This document shows positions 54,448 to 64,000 of a stretch of 64,000 bases of DNA, piece after piece. Where the stretch lies: assembly GCA_964016885.1 (NCBI GenBank), contig OZ024743.1, positions 99,634,001-99,698,000 of the forward strand, read 5' to 3'. Both the position numbers and the translations under genes were made by a program. The stretch's first letter is position 1; each line of letters starts with the position of its first letter. Source of the DNA: Eledone cirrhosa. Lineage: Eukaryota. Below the pieces are notes generated by a model. It was not told the origin of the DNA and did not search any database. It was given only the letters and a program-made list of their open reading frames with translations.

Positions 54448-56180
54448 CACACATGCACACACATACACATATATAGACATATACACACATGCACACACAC
54501 ACACATGTAACCATGTACATATGCATGATATTGCAGCTAAATAGTTGTTCCATTGTTATATTTCTAATGAGTGTCTAATTTTAAAAGAATGGTAATTTCT
54601 GATGTTACTCAAGAATGAAAGAGAAAACCATTTAGCAGTAATAACTACTCACCTACTTATTCTGTGTTGAAGTTTAACATTGAATCCCTAATGGTAAGAA
54701 TCAAATTTAGTTAATGACTTATTGTTGATTATATACAGCTATAGAAAGCTGAAACGACAGATGATATATAGCTATTTTTAACCCTTTCCTTACTATATGT
54801 CTAACAAAAGAGACTGCCTATGATTTTCAAATAATTTTGAAAATAATCAAGGATTTGATGGGATTAAGTAAAATAGCTAACTTTTTTTACTTACTTATAA
54901 GCTTTATTTCTATTTTTATTAAATAACATATATATACATAAGTAACATGACAAATATAATGTCACAAATGTAACAAATACAATTAACTATTGCTAGGAAC
55001 CTCACAAAAACAACACACCAAAATATATGACCAGAGCAAGAGAAAGCAAGAAAAGGGGGAAGCAAAAACAAAAATGACCATCAATTCACCACCAAGTTAG
55101 ACTATCGACCGCACATCACAAGGGTTAACAGAATATTTTGAGGCAAGCCAATATGCTTACAACATTACCACGGGTAATGGAGAGGCTAAGGCACTGAAAC
55201 AACCAGACACTCTCACAGGCATCAGCTGACACCTCAGTAAGGCGAGCTGCCAGTGATGACTAACACCCTGTGCAACATGAAACCACATTAACAAAACATT
55301 CTTGAAAAGTATAAAACAGCCCTTTGACTACATCACATTAAAAATTTAAGTCTTTACTCCAATACTGCAAATTTTCACAATGACCTGTTCGCTAGTAAAG
55401 TTACTATATACATTTGAAATAACAAACCTGTTTTTAGATATGTTGTACTAAATCATTACAGGATATTGAGAGTTAAGCTGGTGTTTGGAATTTAACAAAT
55501 GTTCTTACATAAAATTATGATGGAAATTTTTATAAACACTTTAAAACAAATATTTTCTATTGTAAAACAAAAGATAGTTTCAGGCAGTTTGGTTTCAGAA
55601 GTGTTAAAATAGAAGGACTATGCATAAAAATGAAGACAACAACAAAATGTGTTTTAAAGACCATTTTCTCTGCAATAAAAAGGCTTAGCCTTGCAAACAC
55701 CAATCATACTTAGCTAATGCCCTCCTGATGCCAATCGTTTTAGTCACTTCTTACAACATCCAAGAGTGTGGTGTATCTATTCTAAACTAGGGACACATAG
55801 TAACATACATAAAAATGAAGATAGGAGCATATATGGTGCATCCTTCTTTATTTAAGACAGCAGGTTAGAATTTGAAAGAGTTTGTCTAATATTTCTAGCA
55901 ATTTCTTTGACTGTGTGGAAACTCCTTCATTGGCTTAGTATTATTTCTATGAATATCTCCAATTTATTATATTTTATACAGAAATTTGTGATATCTCAAC
56001 AGTAAAAATTATAGGTTAATATACGTTTTGCCAATATATTATGAGAAGATTTGCAATAAGGCAAAGAAACATGAAACACAGACATCACAAATCTTATCAA
56101 AAAATGACATGCAACATCCACAAGAAAATATAAACATTGATAGCATGAATGTATGTATGTTAAATTTCAATAAGTTTTAA

Positions 56181-56376
56181 CCCTTTAGCATTTAAACCGG
56201 CTGTATCTGGCCAGAATTCTTTCACCACTTTCTGTTTAAACTGGCCGTAACTGGCTGCTCATATTGATGTTAAGATATTGTTCTCAAAATATATAATATC
56301 AAAATCTCATAGATTCGATATTCTGTGAGATACAGCCTTTACCACAAAAATATAGAATAATGTAAATACTAAAGGG
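56181..56376. mobile_element. piggyBac-like MITE, second copy
   Basis: TTAA-ccctttagcattta ... taaatactaaaggg-TTAA; internal homology to 54178-54402. Confidence 0.82.
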
Positions 56377-58199
56377 TTAAATCTGGCAGATTATCTTGTC
56401 ACATTTGAAATGTAGTGTTGAAAAAAAATGTATCAAGTGACAACAAGAGTAACTCTCAATCGATACTATTTGTTTTATAGAGATCTGCTAACATTGTTTC
56501 TCATTACTTCCTTTTACAAAAGTAAATAAAGAGAACTTTAGAATTATAAATTCAACCAGTGATGAACAAGTAACTAGGCAGCAAATTAGCACAGTCGTTA
56601 GGGTGTCAGATAGAATGCTTTGTGGTATTCATTCCAGCAGCTCACTGTATTCTGAGTTCAAATCCAGCTGATGATAACTTTGTCTCTCACTCTTTCAAGG
56701 TCGATAAATAAAGTACCAGTCCAATACTGAGATTCTCTCTCTCTCTCTCTCTCTCTCTCAAAGAAGAAGAAGAAGACTATTTAAGTTATGCATGTACCTT
56801 GAAGTAATCTCTTGCAAAGTATACAGATAACTAGTGTGAAAGGGCACACTTGGTGAATGTTGGTGAATATAAGCCAACTAATCAGTTTCCCAGGAAGTCA
56901 CACACTATTAACACACATTAACAATCAAACCTTCGACCCACAAGGATGGATTAACCTGTTTGCTACCATATTTCTATTGAAAAACACTGCCATGACCTTT
57001 CAAATAAGTTTGAAAATAACTGAGAATTTGAAGAGGTCTAGTAATATTGCTTTCTTATAATTAAACTGATGTTTGGAACATAATTTAACAAAGGTTATGA
57101 TGGAAGCTTTTTAGATAAATATAATAGTTTAGTACCATAGAAGCAGGGTCAGTTTTAAGGAGCTTGGTGTCAAAAGAGTTGCACCATTATTCTGGTCAGT
57201 AACAATAAAACCATCATTTTAAATCTCAGATTACAGTTAATAAAATTTCCCAAATGAGGGAACCCCTGCATTGTTACTTGAGTTGCTAGAAATAACAGCC
57301 AAATCTTCCTCAAATTACACCTTATTTTAAAAAAGAAAGAACATTGAAATATAGAAAACAAGTCATAGAAAAATGAGATGGTCATGGCTGGATCAGCTGT
57401 GATCATAAGTCTGCTCATTCAACATTGACCTACACCTAAATAACAACAAAAACCAAAATTATAAATATAATATAAACTAGAATAAATAAATAACTACCAT
57501 AATATAAGCATTCATTGGCATATTCTATTAAAGGAAATGACATCAATAATATATCAATAATATATAACGATATTCATGAACTATGCCAGCCCTCTGATAG
57601 TCCTCTGTATTGTCTCCATAGAAATAGTACACTGCATTGTTTAACACACACCACATCCAGACCACTTAATAATTAATAACTTTTCCTTCAAAGTGCTATA
57701 TACTTTGTCAATGGCACCTGCTCATCTGATCTGCTAAGTAATCTCTATATCCCACTCTTCTCCAGTGAAGCTCACCAGCCTCTCCTTCTCCACCCAACAT
57801 CTCACCAATAATAATCTGGAATTTTCCCTCAACCTACTTTCCCTTACAGGTATCAACCAACAAATGCCCAAGTTAAACATGAAAATATGTCAATGCCACT
57901 ACTTTAGAAGAGTATTTAAAGGCTATTCAAAGGTCTTCATTCTTTGGTCCATGCGATGAAAAGTGTTCTTAGCTGCTATCTATACCAGCAATACCACTTG
58001 TCTAAACACACACATCTAAATAATGAATACTCTAATACAACAACAGGAAGTATTTTAAGGCCACTTTCCCTACTAAAACAGGGTTTAGCCTTGAAGGAGT
58101 TGTGATAAACATCATACCCATCAATGGATTCTTTTTTTAGGCAATGTTTTACAATCAGATGCTCATCCTGGCACCAAATCTTTGATATAGTTGAAGAGT

Positions 58200-58570
58200 C
58201 TTCCCGACCATTTATTTGGCAGCTCTTCTATGGTGGTATGCTCTTCTTATCACCAACACTCAACATTATTAACAAATGCACACCACAATCAGATGCCCTG
58301 TTTATTCTTTCTGCTTATTTTACTGTCATTACAAATGCTTCTGTTCCTCTGAATAAAGAAGCTGCATATCCCACTTTGCTCATGCCTACTTGATGTCACT
58401 CTCCACTAGCAAGCCTTACCTTGTCTAAACTTGCAGTACATATTTTCACGACCCTCATGCTCAGAACTGCAGTAATCTGGAAATCTCTCCCTGTCCACAT
58501 CTTTTTTGCTTACAGTACAGGTATCAACATATTGAGGTTCAAGGAGAATATCAATTGTCTTAAGCACTCC
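58200..58570 (+). pseudogene. Old CR1/Jockey-group LINE 3' remnant
   Basis: RTAVIWKSLPVHIF...FKENIN resembles the WNxLP...FK C-terminal motif; heavily decayed. Confidence 0.45.
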
Positions 58571-59817
58571 TACTCCTCCCTCTCATTTGATTACATAATA
58601 TTAGTTTCTAATTTTGGCATAAGGCCAGCAATTTTAGAAGGGACAGGGGAGGGGCTGATTATATCAAATGGCTAGAATAAAAATCAGTGCTGCAAAAACT
58701 GAGACACTCATTCTCTCAAGGAAGCCAGCACAGTGCACTCTACATGTGAATGGAGTTCCACTGAAGCAGGTAGATAAGTTCAAGTATCTTGGGGCCATGG
58801 TCACAAGTGATGGAAGGCAGGAAGCTGAATTACCCTAGAAGAAATAAAAGGCAAATTTGACTTCAGCAGGATTTCAACTCAGCAGGATTTCAACTTACTT
58901 CTAAGCATTTGTCTGACACACTAACAATTCTGCCAGTCCATTGCTTTCTTTTTTCATTACCTATTGATAACATTAAATATAACCAACTGACAGACTGATT
59001 GTTGCCTTTTTATAACAATTGTATGAATCAATATCAAATCAGTAAAGTCAAATAAGATTTGTTAAATAGTCAGGATTAATTTAATAACACACATTTGAGT
59101 TCAAATCCCGCCGAGGTTGACTTTGCCTTTCATCCTTATGGGGTCGATAAAATAAAGTACCAGTAATGCACTGGATAATTGCTGGCCTTGTGCCTAAAGT
59201 AGAAACAATTAATTTAATAACACACATGCTTACCATTTTTAGTTTTGTCAACTGCAATAATATTCTCTACGGTGACACATAGTCAATTATCATTTTGAGA
59301 CATAGTGTAATGCTATATAATCTAATGAAAATACTTGTTTGGTTCTTGTAATAAAACAATAATAGCTAGTTACAAAATAAGTATACATTTTGTAAGAAGA
59401 GAAAGTGGTTTCAAATGAAATTCCTTGAGTATTTCTCTGTAGCATTAATATACATTTTATCATATACATTTATAACATACCTGTATGTATAGATGTTTAT
59501 AGGTATCAATATATCTCAATGACTATGCATCTGTATATGAATGTATATATCTAACTTTCAATTTGGTTTAGAATAGATACACTGTATCCCTGCATGTTGT
59601 AAGAGGGGCCAAGAAGGGCATCCAGCCATAAAACATTGCCTCAAAAAGAATCCCATGATGGATATGAAGTTTGTCATGGGACCTGCAAGACTAATTCCTG
59701 CAGGGAGGATGTCTTTAAAATGTTTGTCATTGTGTATGTGGTGTTTTGTGTACCTAATAAACAAACTATACTTATAAATACATCATTGTCATTGTTGTAG
59801 ATGTCATCAGCATTAGC

Positions 59818-60765
59818 AGCTTCTTCTTCTTCACACACTTATTCCTGAGAGGATTGTAAAGGTAGGGTCCTCAAACACTCCTTCCAGCTGGTCCTGTCAG
59901 AAGCAACAAATTTCTAAATGATCTGGCTGGATCCCCAAGCTAGACCAGCTAATCACATGGATGTTATCCAAACATCTTGTTCGGGGTCTATCCCTGGGTC
60001 TCCTGCCAGTTGGTTTTGCCCGTAAATCTATCCAGCAATTCTTTCCTGAAACATACTCTAACTACATGCCCATAGTATTGAAGCTGTGATCTCTCAATTC
60101 GGAGAAGTAGCAAATCTACCTGGAGTGATCTCTGATCTCCCAGCTACACACTTTATCAAGTAATGTTATTCCAAAGACCCTTCGGAGGAACCCCATTTCA
60201 GCCGCTTGTATTTTTTATCATATTCTTTCAGTTATTACCCAAGATTCATGTCCATAGGTAATGATTGGCCCAAATACTGAATTGAAGAAATCAAGTTTGG
60301 CATTTACACCTACTTCCCTTCGTCTGATTACTGAATGTTGAAGCTGGCATATTAATGCATCATCTCCTGCAATTCTTGCACTTAATTCAGCTTCCTGCCT
60401 TCCATCACTTGTGACCATGGCCCCAAGATACTTGAACTTATCTACCTGCTTCAGTGGAACTCCATTCACATGTAGAGTGCACTGTGCTGGCTTCCTTGAG
60501 AGAATGAGTGTCTCAGTTTTTGCAGCACTGATTTTTATTCTAGCCATGCAACACTCAGCATCAAAACTATCAGGTGCAAGTCTGAGATCACTTTCTGTCA
60601 AGTTAAGTATTAACATGTCTCATCTGCAAATTCCAGCCGACTGATTCTATACCTGCTTGTCATAATACCATTTCCAACCTGACTGTGCATGTCAATCCTG
60701 TTCATGAAAATAATGAACAAGAGAGGTGACAGTACGCACCCTTGACAGAGTTCGACTCCCACATC
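59818..60765 (-). mobile_element. Decayed RTE-like RT fragment with 3' end
   Basis: ORF 60218-60616 (KISAAKTE...LKQVDKFKYLG...TYGHESW) and GVELCQGCVLSPLLFIIFMNRI upstream; (GAA)n tail. Confidence 0.85.
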
Positions 60766-61730
60766 TACAACATTACTATAATTTGCATCTGTTTTCTATT
60801 TTGAATATATAAATACAAACACACACACACATATATTTATCATTTCACACCTGTTCTTCTATGTTGGCATGGTAAAGATGTGATAGCTACATGTTGGTTG
60901 TTGGTATACGGGATTGAATAGATAACAGCATGAAAAGTATGGTGATGTAGGAAGATGATGAATTGTCTAATGAAGACAAAACTCATATAAACATATATTT
61001 GTCTACATACATTCTCTTGGTGCAAATGACAGGAAAATTGTATGATCCTTGTGTATGAAGTGCAATTTTGTATATGGTAGTGAAACACTGGCATTGAATG
61101 CAGAGCATGTGCAAAGATTGAAAAGAAATGAAGTAAGCTCTGTTGGATATATTATATTGGTGTGCACGAACAGCAGAACACAAATAAGCTGACAAAACTA
61201 CTTGTTTTAAAAGGAATTCAAATGTAGCATGCAAGAGAGAAAACAAAAGAACTAGAAGAAAGCATGACTATGGTAGAGAATATTCATCCAATTCATTATG
61301 TCGAAGATAACGATAATTCTATAAATTTTGATGCTTGTGAAACATGTTCATATATATTTCAAAATATGTTTATGAATAATTTTTAAATATGTTTCTTTCA
61401 AAATTTAGCAAGCAATAACATTTATATAATCTCACTTCAGATCTATTACAAGTTTTATATAGAAAATTTCACATGGGAATAATATTAGCCAGGTTTATAA
61501 CATTTATGCTTATTTGCAATGCTGGCTTATTAATATAACACCACATATTAAAATATAGACTACTGAGTATGTTAGAAATGGTAACTAATCTGAATTAGAT
61601 TATAATTGGTCTAAAGTAAATCTAGAAATATTAGTTTTAGTTTTATGTCATGGATAAATAGAAAGTTTTATTTTGTTCACTTCAATCATAAATAATCGAT
61701 AGCAAATAGGACACGCTCATTCACACAAAC

Positions 61731-61779
<49 letters not shown>

Positions 61780-61838
61780 TGTGTATGTATACATATATAT
61801 ATATGTATGTGTATGTATACATATGTATACATATATTA

Positions 61839-62447
61839 TGTCAGGTCACCAGTTGGTGCTACTGGTAACATGTATCCCAGTACAACCTGCCTCATGGTCG
61901 GGTTGTTGGCGACTAAACTGGCAACCCCACCAAGGTTTCTTGGTGAGGAGGGTGACTTTAGACATCCTGCAGGACTAAAAACAAAACCTGTCAAAGGGCA
62001 AAGGAGCTCTTAAGAGTCAATGGCCATCCAAAATCACCGGGAGAGATGACCCCTTAGCCTTTGTCAAGGCAGAATTCTAGGAGAAGGAAAACTCTGATAT
62101 AACACCTGCAACCCTGATGGTATCCAATGATGTTGACTTGTTATTCTTTTTGGTAAATATCATCTTGGTTAAGAGAGTGGGACTGGCTTTGTGCAGTGCC
62201 TTTGCTCACTATAAAAGCTTCATGGCACAGGCATTGCTTTATATCTGGAGATCTCTCTGCACTTGTCGTTACATGGTACCATGGGCCCAGCACTATGTGT
62301 CAATAATTGTCACAACTGTAGTGTTTGTACCAGAGTTTTCAAGTCGCTGGCTGGACTAAAATGTCACACTCGTTCAGAGCATCGGTAGGGGTTCTCCTAC
62401 ATGGATATAAAGTAGTGGCCATACTCAAAAACGAGTGGCAGCCACCA
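61839..62447 (+). mobile_element. Bipartite non-autonomous RTE-derived element, copy 2
   Basis: 62317-62388 encodes [23 protein letters not shown] (C2H2 spacing); near-identical to 37165-37770. Confidence 0.75.
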
Positions 62448-62496
62448 TATATATATATATATATATATATAGATAGATAGATACATATGTATGCAT

Positions 62497-62529
<33 letters not shown>

Positions 62530-62580
62530 CATACATACATATATGTATACATACACATACATATATGTATACATATATGT

Positions 62581-62639
<59 letters not shown>

Positions 62640-62746
62640 CATACATCCTCAAGTGGGACTACCCCCGTCCAAACCCATGCAAGCGTGGAACACGGACGTT
62701 AAACGTTGATGATGATGATGATGATGATACATACATATATATATAT

Positions 62747-62795
<49 letters not shown>

Positions 62796-63200
62796 TGTAT
62801 AAATACACATATATATATATATATATATACACATATGTATACATACATATACATCATCATCATCATCGTTTAACGTCCATCTTCCACGCTAGCATGGGTT
62901 TGGACGGGAATTGTCCCACTTGAGGCAAGATTGGTTGTCTTGCTCGTATAGGAGTGTCTGGCGGGTTTTCTACGGCTGGAATATATATATACATATCCAG
63001 CGTGGAAGATGAACGTTAAACGATATATATATGTACATATACATACATACATATATATATATATATGCAGAGGTTATATTTAATTTGTTGCGATTCAACA
63101 AGCTTAAACATTTTTATAACTGATATAAAGCACTCAACAAGTTAGTGGAGTAAATACACAATATATTAATAAATGGAAACTATATTTATAAAACCATATT

Positions 63201-63266
63201 TATTTTATTATATATATTTCAAGGGCAACCAAGGCAAATTATGGTGCACTTTCATCAGATAAAATA
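63201..63266 (-). ncRNA. Type I hammerhead ribozyme motif (family A)
   Basis: tattttat CUGAUGA [aagtgcacca...tggttgccctt] GAA-AUAUAUAU-A ataaaata; perfect 8-bp stem I and palindromic stem III. Confidence 0.87.
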
Positions 63267-63380
63267 CAGATTTGTTTTATAAATAAATATTGACATACCC
63301 GGAAAAAAGACAACCTTAACGGTTGGAGCTTCCTGGATAGTGGAGATAATATTTTATTGAGGGTAATACAAAGTTATGAG

Positions 63381-63719
63381 TGAGTATGCAAATGAGTGTC
63401 CGAAAAGTTGAAAAGATAACGGTTTATTTAAATTAAACTGTTGGAAGAAGATGATATGTAAGGGAGAGAGAAACAGAGAAAGTTATTTCTTCTTTCACTT
63501 AGATATATTTACGCTCTGTATATTTTTCCATTAAAATTTATTTCTTAGTTCGTTCTGACTATCTTCACTATCACTATGTATAATCGTTCTTTCTTAAATC
63601 TTCTCTCTTTCTCCTTCCTTTTCTTTTTTCTCTCTCCCTTACATATCATCTTCTTCCAACAGTTTAATTTTAAAAAAACGTTATCTTTTCAACTTTTCGG
63701 ACACTCATTTGCATACTCA
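63381..63719. repeat. 93-bp inverted repeat (63381-63473 / 63627-63719)
   Basis: tgagtatgcaaatgagtgtccgaaaag...agggagagagaaa and its reverse complement; the right arm ends in (AT)n. Confidence 0.9.
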
Positions 63720-63754
63720 TATATATATGTGTATTTATATATATATATATACAC

Positions 63755-63787
<33 letters not shown>

Positions 63788-64000
63788 TATATATACACAT
63801 ATACATATACACATATATATATATATATATAATTTCGTTGACAAGTATATCTATGTGCACAGAGACACAGATATATCGCCCTTAGTATGACAGTGTGGTT
63901 TTAGCTCAATGTAGGATAACTAGTACCCTACAGAGCCGTTATAAGTTTAGGAATAACCAAAGAGTACTTAGAAATACAGTGTTTTATTAGCTAACAGTGT

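Noticed and set aside
61844-61990. HDV-like ribozyme in the bipartite leader (ggtcacc/ggtgact P1 with G-U, tcctgcagga then ctaa)
   Set aside because: No G for P1.1 after P1, L3 is non-consensus, and the putative P2/P3 region forms a simple hairpin instead. A descriptor search on the family consensus would settle it.

Overview
Eukaryotic, AT-rich, gene-poor DNA made almost entirely of repeats. The SINE families, RTE LINEs and dense (AT)n/(CA)n tracts suggest a cephalopod (octopus-like) genome, which is an inference. No host protein-coding gene can be supported: the long ORFs are read-throughs of minisatellites (42, 27, 44, 17, 34, 77, 78 and 38 bp units) or microsatellites. Mobile elements seen: two RTE-clade LINE copies with a PHD-like finger inside the RT, an L1/Tx1 3' end, a Penelope-like GIY-YIG fragment, a complete 2.1-kb non-autonomous LTR element (tRNA-Trp PBS, PPT, 4-bp TSD), two bipartite RTE-derived short elements, TTAA MITEs and many tRNA-derived SINEs. 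The most striking signal is hidden in the microsatellite tracts. At least six type I hammerhead ribozymes with intact cores, from at least four unrelated sequence families, plus a U3-A8 core variant and several half or fold-back copies, sit in short inserts within (AT)n. This looks like a population of Penelope-mobilised, ribozyme-bearing non-autonomous elements (retrozyme-like). All folds were read by eye; no activity is shown.
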